Below, in pieces: positions 17,047 through 23,750 of a stretch of 43,415 bases of DNA. The translations under genes were made by a program, and so were the position numbers. This DNA comes from a virus (lineage: Duplodnaviria; Caudoviricetes), in IMG/VR virus record IMGVR_UViG_3300037408_000289, positions 1 to 43,415 of that record; one strand, written 5' to 3'. Under the pieces are notes generated by a model. That model had not been told where the DNA came from and did no database searches. It saw only the letters and a list, made by a program, of their open reading frames with translations. Numbering within the stretch: the stretch's first letter is position 1; the number at the start of each line of letters is the position of its first letter.

Positions 17047-17742
17047 ATGCCATATAGTAATATTATATTTATCAAGTTATTCTTGAGTCTATTCGAAGAA
17101 GATGACAGATTCCTCTATCAACTCAACGAAAGCCAGCAATTGCTTTATATTAAAATGCTATATCTGGCCGGATCAACCCAAAACCACATCCCGAAGAACC
17201 CAACATTTATTAAAAACAAGATAAACTACCACCACGATGACGATTGCCTACTTGCAGACATAGAGCGAATAAAGGGGATATTCCCAAATGGTTTTACGGA
17301 AGCCGATGACTACTATTACTTTACAAACTTTGAAACCCTTCATAATTACATAGGGAAATCCAAAGGAAATCCAAAGGAGTTCCAAAGGATAGTACTAGAG
17401 AAGAATAAGAGTAAGAGTAGAGTAAGAGAAGAAGCACAGCCTTCGGCAGCCTTAACGGCTGCTTTAGATAAAATCTTTAAAAAGGGTTTTAACATTTATC
17501 AGCTTATAAACCGCCTTAAAAAAGAGAGTAAAGTCGGGGCGCGCGTGCCGGACGAAGTGCTGCTGCGCGTTTGCGAGAGCTGGGAGAAGAACGCGTGCGG
17601 AGTCAAGGCAGACTGGCCGTGGTTCGCAAAGGCCGTGGCCGGGGAATGGGAAGCGTATAATGTCCGCAAGAATATCCAGGAGAGCAAAGAATGGAAAAGC
17701 AAGCCGGCGATCAGTATAAAAGACATATTGAACAAACCTTAA
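17047..17742 (+). CDS. Replication initiator / replisome organiser (lambda O-like)
   Basis: N-terminal FIKL...QLLYIKMLYLAG helix-turn-helix-like region, internal iteron-type repeats, first gene after P2. Confidence 0.65.
   Translation: MPYSNIIFIKLFLSLFEEDDRFLYQLNESQQLLYIKMLYLAGSTQNHIPKNPTFIKNKINYHHDDDCLLADIERIKGIFPNGFTEADDYYYFTNFETLHNYIGKSKGNPKEFQRIVLEKNKSKSRVREEAQPSAALTAALDKIFKKGFNIYQLINRLKKESKVGARVPDEVLLRVCESWEKNACGVKADWPWFAKAVAGEWEAYNVRKNIQESKEWKSKPAISIKDILNKP
17354..17428. promoter_or_regulatory. Putative replication origin (iterons) within the initiator gene
   Basis: Three tandem 11-bp GGA(AA/GT)TCCAAA units followed by purine-rich AAGAGT repeats. Confidence 0.5.
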
Positions 17743-17801
17743 CCGTCAGGGGCGTAGCGGAAGCGACTCGCACTCTTTTCCTGTAACGCCCCTGAAAGGA
17801 G

Positions 17802-18194
17802 ATGAAAATGGAACTTAAGTTATTAGTTGGTTGGAAATGTAGGTTAAGACTTCGTGCAGATGGCAACAAACTTTATGCAGAGGGCGACAAACTTTGGGCA
17901 GAGGGCAACAAACTTTGGGCAGAGGGCAACAAACTTCGTGCAGAGGGCGACAAACTTCGTGCAGAGGGCGACAAACTTTGGGCAGAATTGATTTTAGAAA
18001 CTTACGGCAATATTAAACTTGAGTGGGAGAATTGGAATGAAAAATATCAATCTTATGAATGCCATCTTGATAACGGGGAAGTGTATGGATTTGATAATCT
18101 GGTAGTAATACCCGAAGAAAAAGAAATCAAAGATGCCATAAAATTTCTTGAGAAGAAGGGCAAAATTAAAGATGGGAAAATTATCAGCCCCTGA
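17802..18194 (+). CDS. Heptad-repeat protein, (AEG[D/N]KL[W/R/Y])x6
   Basis: AAGGAG RBS, internal 21-bp repeats. Confidence 0.7.
   Translation: MKMELKLLVGWKCRLRLRADGNKLYAEGDKLWAEGNKLWAEGNKLRAEGDKLRAEGDKLWAELILETYGNIKLEWENWNEKYQSYECHLDNGEVYGFDNLVVIPEEKEIKDAIKFLEKKGKIKDGKIISP
17856..17981 (+). repeat. 21-bp coding tandem repeat, 6 copies
   Basis: GCAGA(G/T)GGC(A/G)ACAAACTT plus TAT, TGG or CGT. Confidence 0.95.
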
Positions 18195-18204
18195 AAGGAG
18201 CAGG

Positions 18205-19092
18205 ATGTCCCAAACAATGAAGCACCTTGATTTATTCTCAGGCATTGGCGGCTTCGCATACGCCGTTGACCAAGTCTGGCCCGGGGCAGAGCATATCTTC
18301 TGTGAAATAGACCCATTCTGCCAAGCGGTCTTAAAAAAACATTGGAAAGGAGCAAAAATATATGGCGACATCAGACAGCTTACTGCCAACACCGAGAGCG
18401 GGCAATCCGGGCAGTCGCAAGCCGGGAACGGGGGGCAAGATACTTGCCGCGGAAATCAAGAATGCGACCTCCTCACCGGGGGTTTCCCGTGTCAGCCCTT
18501 TTCCCAAGCTGGAAAGAGAAAAGGCACAGATGATAACCGTTACCTCTGGCCAGCGATGTTTAGAGCTATACAGCTTACGAAACCCCGATGGATTATTGCG
18601 GAAAATGTGCGAGGCCTTATTAACATCCAAGACGGCGTGGTATTCGGACAAGTGCTTACTGACCTGGAAAGCGAAGGCTACGAAGTGCAACCGTTTATTA
18701 TTCCAGCTGTCGCCGTCAACGCTCCGCACCGAAGGGATAGGGTGTGGATTGTTGGGAACGCCACGAAAGAGGGATGCGGAGAAAGGGGCAGACAGAAAGT
18801 TGGAACTTGTGAACGACAAATGGGAAAACATAGACAAGAAAGGGCAGAGATACGGGCTAACGGCGGAGCAATCTGTAAACGCCTTAATTGGTCAGCCATC
18901 TGGCTTAAAGTTGCAACCGAACTTTGTGGAGTGGATGATGGGCTTCCCGCAGAACTGGACGGACTTAAATTATCCAAAGCAGGCCACCGAGTTGAAAGAT
19001 TAAAAGCACTTGGAAATGCAATCGTGCCACAGGTGGCAGTTGAGATAATGAGGAGCATAAAGTATTCAGATGAAGCGGGAGTAATGAGATGA
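18205..19092 (+). CDS. DNA cytosine-5 methyltransferase (alpha chain)
   Basis: Motif I DLFSGIGG, IV GFPCQPFS, VI ENV, VIII H.R.R, X LKALGNAIVP. Start refined to ATG 18205 after AAGGAG. Confidence 0.93.
   Translation: MSQTMKHLDLFSGIGGFAYAVDQVWPGAEHIFCEIDPFCQAVLKKHWKGAKIYGDIRQLTANTESGQSGQSQAGNGGQDTCRGNQECDLLTGGFPCQPFSQAGKRKGTDDNRYLWPAMFRAIQLTKPRWIIAENVRGLINIQDGVVFGQVLTDLESEGYEVQPFIIPAVAVNAPHRRDRVWIVGNATKEGCGERGRQKVGTCERQMGKHRQERAEIRANGGAICKRLNWSAIWLKVATELCGVDDGLPAELDGLKLSKAGHRVERLKALGNAIVPQVAVEIMRSIKYSDEAGVMR
18362..19003 (+). CDS. Nested alternative-frame ORF, putative C5-MTase beta chain (start may be 18530)
   Basis: Open for 213 codons inside the MTase gene; ends with LQPNFVEWMMGFPQNWT, resembling C5-MTase motif IX. 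Confidence 0.6.
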   Translation: MATSDSLLPTPRAGNPGSRKPGTGGKILAAEIKNATSSPGVSRVSPFPKLEREKAQMITVTSGQRCLELYSLRNPDGLLRKMCEALLTSKTAWYSDKCLLTWKAKATKCNRLLFQLSPSTLRTEGIGCGLLGTPRKRDAEKGADRKLELVNDKWENIDKKGQRYGLTAEQSVNALIGQPSGLKLQPNFVEWMMGFPQNWTDLNYPKQATELKD

Positions 19093-19544
19093 TTAAGCAA
19101 GGCCGGTATAAAGACAAACTCAAGCGGAAGACCCCCCGCAAGACCCTGATTAAGAAACTCCAGAACCAAGCCGAGAAACTCTGGAAGGAATACTGCCACC
19201 AAAGGGACGGCGAGGGTTGTCAGGTGCAGATATACTTTCCTAACATAGAAACCAAACATACCCAAGTCTATCAGGTTGACCATTGCTTCAGCCGTATGAA
19301 CAAGGAACTTTTCTTAGATGTCCAGAACGGCACGGTAGTATGCTCGGCGTGCAACCAAAGAAAAGCATTTCATTATAAACCCATTGAACTCGCCATTGAT
19401 GACATAGTTATGAATCGGGAAGGGATAGACGCTTTCAACCGTATGCGAGAGGTCGCTTCAAGAAAAGGCGGGTTCAAAGATTGGACGAATATCGCCTGGC
19501 TGGAAATGCAGATTAAGATTTTAACCGATATGAGCAGGTTGTAA
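19089..19544 (+). CDS. NinG/Rap-like HNH-type endonuclease
   Basis: Basic N-terminus, RD...CQ, DHCFSR, N...VCSACN. Confidence 0.7.
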   Translation: MIKQGRYKDKLKRKTPRKTLIKKLQNQAEKLWKEYCHQRDGEGCQVQIYFPNIETKHTQVYQVDHCFSRMNKELFLDVQNGTVVCSACNQRKAFHYKPIELAIDDIVMNREGIDAFNRMREVASRKGGFKDWTNIAWLEMQIKILTDMSRL

Positions 19545-19651
19545 GTCCTCTGCGTAAGCGGGGGCAGATAAGGGCGTTTACTGAGTAGATGGCTCAAAGG
19601 ATTTGGGACGCCAAGTCGCCTGCTCTTAACCGAGATGAAGGAGAGAATGAA

Positions 19652-20173
19652 ATGAAAGGTAATCCAGAAATTAAGAATTGGTATGATGGAAACATCATAG
19701 TCCCAGCAGGTAAATATTCTTCTTTGAAAGAAGCGGTTGAGAGAGAAAAGGCAAACCTTTCTGAGGCAGACCTTTCTTGGGCAAACCTTTCTGAGGCAGA
19801 CCTTAAAAAAATACCCAATCTTAATACCCCCACCTTAAATGAATATATTGAAAAATTCAAAATAGAGAAAGAAGGCGAATATATCTATCTTTTCAAGGGT
19901 GTAACTTCTGATTTAGAAAGCCCGCAATCGTCCGTTAAAATTAAATATACCCCAGGTATCCACAAGGTAGATTTTGCCGATTGCGATGTTTGGCAAGATT
20001 GCTCCTACGGTATATCCTTAAGCCCTACTGAAGAAGCCGCAAAAGAGTGGGGGAATAAAATAATCAGGGTTAAGGTGCATATTGGGGATATATCTTGCAT
20101 ACCCGTCTGTGGATATGATAAGAAAATCAGAGTAAAAAAGTGTGAAGTAACGAAGGAGAAAGATGGACGATAA
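19652..20173 (+). CDS. Protein with a short pentapeptide repeat and an uncharacterised C-terminal domain
   Basis: ANLSE ADLSW ANLSE ADL; C-terminal C..GI...K.RVK. Start refined from the AAGGAG RBS. Confidence 0.65.
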   Translation: MKGNPEIKNWYDGNIIVPAGKYSSLKEAVEREKANLSEADLSWANLSEADLKKIPNLNTPTLNEYIEKFKIEKEGEYIYLFKGVTSDLESPQSSVKIKYTPGIHKVDFADCDVWQDCSYGISLSPTEEAAKEWGNKIIRVKVHIGDISCIPVCGYDKKIRVKKCEVTKEKDGR

Positions 20174-20330
20174 AATATTAGCCAAGAAACTTGGAGGGTT
20201 AGAGAAGAAGATAAGAAGTGTTATACTTAAAAATCAATCTATGTCTTGCACTTTTTGCGAGGCTAACCACCCTACTCGTTTAGCCAAATCTATTTGCCAA
20301 CTTATTCTGAAGGAGAAAGCCAATGCCTAA
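20163..20330 (+). CDS. Small hypothetical protein, 55 aa (not in the ORF track), related to the LxxKKLxGL family
   Basis: AAGGAG RBS; MDDKILAKKLGGLEKK... Confidence 0.5.
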   Translation: MDDKILAKKLGGLEKKIRSVILKNQSMSCTFCEANHPTRLAKSICQLILKEKANA

Positions 20331-20363
20331 AGACCTCAAGCGACTAATTCTGGGGAAGAAGAA

Positions 20364-20753
20364 ATGAGAGAAATTAAATTCAGAGCATGGGATAAAGAAG
20401 ATAAAGTTATGGTTGAATTTTTTCCTGGAGATAATCTTTCAGATGAATACTTTTGTGAACCTTTTATTATTATGCAATACACAGGTCTTAAAGACAAGAA
20501 CGGCAAAGAGATTTATGAAGGGGATATAGTAAAACATATTGACGCTTGGGGGAGAAAAAAAGTTGACCATATTATTGGAGCAGTGATATTCGGTGAGGGT
20601 AAATTTTCTATTCATTGTCAAGGAGCAGATGATAACCGAACATATCGAGGGTGGTTGATAAAGGGAGAATACGGTCACGAGGAACCCCTAACTTCAAATA
20701 CTTGTCAAGAGATTATCGGCAATATCTATGAGAATGGGGATTTATTGAAATGA
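20364..20753 (+). CDS. yopX: YopX family protein
   Basis: MREIKFRAWD, MQYTGLKDKNGKEIYEGDIV, IIGNIYEN. Confidence 0.95.
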   Translation: MREIKFRAWDKEDKVMVEFFPGDNLSDEYFCEPFIIMQYTGLKDKNGKEIYEGDIVKHIDAWGRKKVDHIIGAVIFGEGKFSIHCQGADDNRTYRGWLIKGEYGHEEPLTSNTCQEIIGNIYENGDLLK

Positions 20754-20762
20754 CGGCTCACT

Positions 20763-20862
20763 TGCGGGTTGAGTGGCGTGGTAGCCTACTACTAAGCCAT
20801 AAATTGGGACTGGTTAGAGGTTCAATTCCTGAAGTAGAGCAGACCAACTGCCTCAGCCCGCA
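20763..20862 (+). ncRNA. tRNA-like (degenerate tRNA-Met) structured element
   Basis: TGCGGGTTGAG pairs with CTCAGCCCGCA; TGGTAGC D-loop-like; CAT in a loop; AGG-TTCAATT-CCT T-arm; an extra hairpin breaks the canonical cloverleaf. Confidence 0.35.
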
Positions 20863-20896
20863 GTAGCCATATTACCGCATCGGGGAAAATGGTAAA
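20863..20896. repeat. 34-bp dispersed repeat, copy 1 (contains an 11-6-11 palindrome)
   Basis: GTAGCCATATTACCGCATCGGGGAAAATGGTAAA; 33/34 identical to 21627-21660. Confidence 0.9.
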
Positions 20897-20920
20897 GTAT
20901 CTAACCGAGGAGGAGAAGGA

Positions 20921-21049
20921 ATGAAATGTCCAGTATGTAATTCTAAAATGGTCAAGTCAACAATGGCAATCGGCAATTACAAAGAAATGGTTTATAAATG
21001 CCCAAAGTGTAAGAAGCGGGTAATAGAATTTAAGGAGAAGAAGGGATGA
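20921..21049 (+). CDS. Small zinc-ribbon protein, 42 aa (not in the ORF track)
   Basis: MKCPVC...YKCPKC, strong RBS. Confidence 0.65.
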   Translation: MKCPVCNSKMVKSTMAIGNYKEMVYKCPKCKKRVIEFKEKKG

Positions 21050-21064
21050 AAGAGGAGAGCAAAG

Positions 21065-21328
21065 ATGATACCACAAGAAGGAAAGCAAGATAGACCTGCT
21101 GGTTTTACAAATTCATTTGAAGGAGCGAATATGAACGATGAGCAGATAACACTAAAAGAAGCAGTAGAAATAACGAATAAACTCGCCCTCACCAAGAAAC
21201 TTGAGGGGCTGGAGGAAGTGATAACTAAAACACAAGCGGATATAATTCTTAAACATTCTTGCCCTGCTACAAATAAAGATTTAGCTCAAGCAATCAGGAA
21301 GTATCTAACCGAGGAGGAGAAGGGATGA
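21065..21328 (+). CDS. Hypothetical protein of the LALTKKLEGL...AQAIRKYLTEEE family (start may be 21131)
   Basis: Shares 20-bp and 37-bp identical blocks with 21912-22271. Confidence 0.6.
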   Translation: MIPQEGKQDRPAGFTNSFEGANMNDEQITLKEAVEITNKLALTKKLEGLEEVITKTQADIILKHSCPATNKDLAQAIRKYLTEEEKG

Positions 21329-21525
21329 AAGTATTTTGGGATGTATTTTGGGCAGTACTTGGATTGGGTTTTGGGGTATCAATCGGGCTTGTAATGGTAA
21401 ATATTGCCCTATTGACTATTCAGAATATTGATGGATTATTTTATAAGTTCCTTTGGATAGTAAAAAGGAAGAAAACTAATTGCCCCCATTGTTATAAAGA
21501 AATAACTTGGACAGAATCGCTATAG
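21325..21525 (+). CDS. Small TM protein with C-terminal CPHC
   Basis: Hydrophobic N-terminal helix, ATGA coupling. Confidence 0.6.
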   Translation: MKVFWDVFWAVLGLGFGVSIGLVMVNIALLTIQNIDGLFYKFLWIVKRKKTNCPHCYKEITWTESL

Positions 21526-21534
21526 AGGAGAAAG

Positions 21535-21630
21535 ATGTTTATTCAAACAATTATGAGTATTGGGATAAGTCTTGTAGCCATCGGATTTAGTTTAATTGCC
21601 ATAGCGTCGTGGTTAGCTCAATCTGGGTAG
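21535..21630 (+). CDS. 31-aa hydrophobic peptide (not in the ORF track)
   Basis: GAGGAG RBS; MFIQTIMSIGISLVAIGFSLIAIASWLAQSG. Confidence 0.45.
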   Translation: MFIQTIMSIGISLVAIGFSLIAIASWLAQSG

Positions 21631-21660
21631 CCATATTCCCGCATCGGGGAAAATGGTAAA
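21627..21660. repeat. 34-bp dispersed repeat, copy 2
   Basis: GTAGCCATATTCCCGCATCGGGGAAAATGGTAAA. Confidence 0.9.
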
Positions 21661-21678
21661 AAGATAAAGGGGTGCTAA

Positions 21679-21915
21679 ATGGATAAGATAGAGAAGATAT
21701 TGAGGGGTATTATGTGGCACAAACCCGTTGTGCCAGCTGTTGCAGATAAGATTATTGACGAAGCCCTCTCTGCTATCAAGCAGGTTTTCTTGGAAACGTT
21801 GGGGAAAGATATTGATTTTGCTTTTAATAATCTATCACCAAATAATGAGGAATATGTCAAAGGCTATAACGCCTGCCTTGCAAAAATTAAGTCTAAGATC
21901 GGAGGTGTCAAATGA
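21679..21915 (+). CDS. Hypothetical phage protein (GYNACL motif)
   Basis: RBS present; C-terminal YVKGYNACL..IK is common in small phage proteins. Confidence 0.6.
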   Translation: MDKIEKILRGIMWHKPVVPAVADKIIDEALSAIKQVFLETLGKDIDFAFNNLSPNNEEYVKGYNACLAKIKSKIGGVK

Positions 21916-22271
21916 ACGATAACGAGATACGGGAAGCGGTGGAAAGTGGGAACAGACCCTTAGTATTACTCAACCTCGCCCAGTCTTACCTCGCCTGCTC
22001 TGGGGTTATGCCTGAGAAGGAGAAAATAAGAACTGATGTAGTTTTCCAAGACACTAAACATAATCAAAGATTAGACAAAGATAATAAATATCGGGAGGGT
22101 TTCAACTCAGCCATCGACGCTTGCACCCTTGCCCTCACCAAGAAACTTGAAGGGCTAAGTCAAATGATAAAAGCCCTTTTTGAAAACAAATTAAAAATAG
22201 GGCTATCTTCCGCAGGTGCTGATAAAGTTGCTCAAGCAATCAGGAAGTATCTAACCGAGGAGGAGAGATGA
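21912..22271 (+). CDS. Hypothetical protein of the LALTKKLEGL...AQAIRKYLTEEE family
   Basis: GGAGGT RBS; shares blocks with 21065-21328. Confidence 0.65.
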   Translation: MNDNEIREAVESGNRPLVLLNLAQSYLACSGVMPEKEKIRTDVVFQDTKHNQRLDKDNKYREGFNSAIDACTLALTKKLEGLSQMIKALFENKLKIGLSSAGADKVAQAIRKYLTEEER

Positions 22272-22423
22272 AAATAATAATTGAAGTAGAAAGTTGTAGT
22301 GATTGTCCATTTTTAGAGTTGGATAGTTATAATCAATTCAGATGTCATAGATACGATGCATATATTGGAAAAGATATATATTACTTGGAAAGATGTTCTC
22401 AGTGCATAGAGGAAGTCAAATGA
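22268..22423 (+). CDS. Small Cys-rich protein, 51 aa (not in the ORF track)
   Basis: MKIIIEVESCSDCPF...C...CSQC; RBS and ATGA coupling. Confidence 0.55.
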   Translation: MKIIIEVESCSDCPFLELDSYNQFRCHRYDAYIGKDIYYLERCSQCIEEVK

Positions 22424-22436
22424 AAGAGGAGGAGAG

Positions 22437-22640
22437 ATGAGCTTTATTCATAAGCACACTTGGGTAAAGATAAAAGAAACATATGCCCCACCATATCCTG
22501 GCCAGTTTGAAGCTACTGTCTCATTAATGGCAAAGGTAGTGTTTGGAGTAACCACTATTCTTTGGGAATGTCAGAGTTGTAAAGAACTTCGCAAAGAAGA
22601 AATGTTAGGGAAGTCGACCATTGAGGAGAAGAAGGGATGA
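22437..22640 (+). CDS. Small His/Cys (zinc-binding-like) protein
   Basis: HKHTW...CQSC, GGAGG RBS. Confidence 0.6.
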   Translation: MSFIHKHTWVKIKETYAPPYPGQFEATVSLMAKVVFGVTTILWECQSCKELRKEEMLGKSTIEEKKG

Positions 22641-22756
22641 AGATAACTATACCAGCACCACAGAACAAAAAACGCAGAGCAGAATTTCTTAAGAAATATT
22701 CAGATTATTACGTCAACGGGAAGAGAAACCCTAAATACGAAGGAGTCCTCAAATGA
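22637..22756 (+). CDS. Small basic protein, 39 aa (not in the ORF track)
   Basis: ATGA-coupled at both ends. Confidence 0.45.
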   Translation: MKITIPAPQNKKRRAEFLKKYSDYYVNGKRNPKYEGVLK

Positions 22757-23091
22757 AAGAGAAAAGGATTGAGATAACGGGAATATTTAATAGGTGGATA
22801 ACGGGAAAGTGGAGCGACAAAAGATGCACCATCTCCGTCAATGCGGATGAGTGGAGAGAGAAGATTGCTCCATTGTTATCAGGTTATATTTTTGTGGATA
22901 ATTTTGTTGACAAAATCATCTCCTCTCTCGGCGAGGTGAAGGAAGCCAAAGTCGATATAATAGAGGAATTGAACGTTCCAAGAATTACGGTATCTCTGGA
23001 ACATCCTTGTGGACTCCAAAGTCAAGTTCTTGACAAACTCAACGAAGTAATCCGAGAGGTCAATCGGGCTAAAGGAGAGGAGGGAAGATGA
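22753..23091 (+). CDS. Hypothetical protein
   Basis: AAGGAG RBS, ATGA coupling. Confidence 0.6.
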   Translation: MKEKRIEITGIFNRWITGKWSDKRCTISVNADEWREKIAPLLSGYIFVDNFVDKIISSLGEVKEAKVDIIEELNVPRITVSLEHPCGLQSQVLDKLNEVIREVNRAKGEEGR

Positions 23092-23273
23092 GTAAATACA
23101 TAGAACTGGAAGATATACCTGATGATGAAGGGAAGTCTTGTAGTGGCAAATTTTTAATGATGTGTCGGTATGCTACTACGCACGATGCTTTCTGTCATTT
23201 TGATGGTTATTGTGATTATCAAATACCTAAAGATTCAAGAAAAAAAGAGATTTATGTCCATGAGAATAATTGA
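23088..23273 (+). CDS. Small Cys-containing hypothetical protein
   Basis: RBS and ATGA coupling. Confidence 0.5.
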   Translation: MSKYIELEDIPDDEGKSCSGKFLMMCRYATTHDAFCHFDGYCDYQIPKDSRKKEIYVHENN

Positions 23274-23520
23274 TAGCCTCAATCTTGAAATACCTATCAA
23301 TCATCAATCAGTCTTAGATTATGCTGGGAGTATTTTTCCTGAAATAAAAGAGATACGGCTTGAGTATATAAAAAACAAGGATGATATTTTAGTTAAAGTG
23401 TTATGGGGGAAAGATTATGACTGTTCGTATTTAGCTGAACCGAATACTTTTGGAGTAAGGTGCGGAGTTAGAATGGCTAAAATTATGTTTGACACTATTA
23501 CCAAAAAGGAGAAGGGTTGA
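23254..23520 (+). CDS. Hypothetical protein
   Basis: Start refined from the track ORF 23170-23520. Confidence 0.5.
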   Translation: MSMRIIDSLNLEIPINHQSVLDYAGSIFPEIKEIRLEYIKNKDDILVKVLWGKDYDCSYLAEPNTFGVRCGVRMAKIMFDTITKKEKG

Positions 23521-23750
23521 GAATAATTACATTGATAGAGAATACAGTATTAATATTTGCAGTAATTTCTCTCATTATTGTATGTTTTATTATCATATTG
23601 CCTTTTATCATAATCAGGGATATAATCAAAAGAACCTGCGGTAAATCACGCAGAGGGAGATTTCATGGAAGGTTACGACATGGTAAGGCTGGGAGATTTT
23701 CAAAGCACGCCAGAAGACGAGGAGATAGTCCTCAAGATCCTGCGGTCTAA
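23517..23750 (+). CDS. Possible small TM protein
   Basis: RBS, TTG start and a hydrophobic helix, but the 3' end overlaps the next gene by 86 nt. Confidence 0.35.
   Translation: MRIITLIENTVLIFAVISLIIVCFIIILPFIIIRDIIKRTCGKSRRGRFHGRLRHGKAGRFSKHARRRGDSPQDPAV

Noticed and set aside
16848-17057. 69-aa ORF from a TTG start
   Set aside because: The TTG is the -35 box of P2 and has no RBS; the region is better explained as a structured leader.
17856-17981. CRISPR array
   Set aside because: The units are contiguous, in frame and have no spacers.
21604-21630. tRNA 5' half (TAGCTCAATCTGG resembles a D-arm)
   Set aside because: No anticodon or T-arm follows, and the stretch is the 3' end of a small ORF with its own RBS.
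20863-21660. CRISPR mini-array or IS ends from the 34-bp repeats
   Set aside because: The copies are 764 bp apart in direct orientation, enclose ORFs, and no transposase or cas gene is present.
20750-23520. Stop-codon reassignment as the cause of the many short ORFs
   Set aside because: Core genes are full length under code 11 and use all three stop codons, and the short ORFs have their own RBS and coupled starts.
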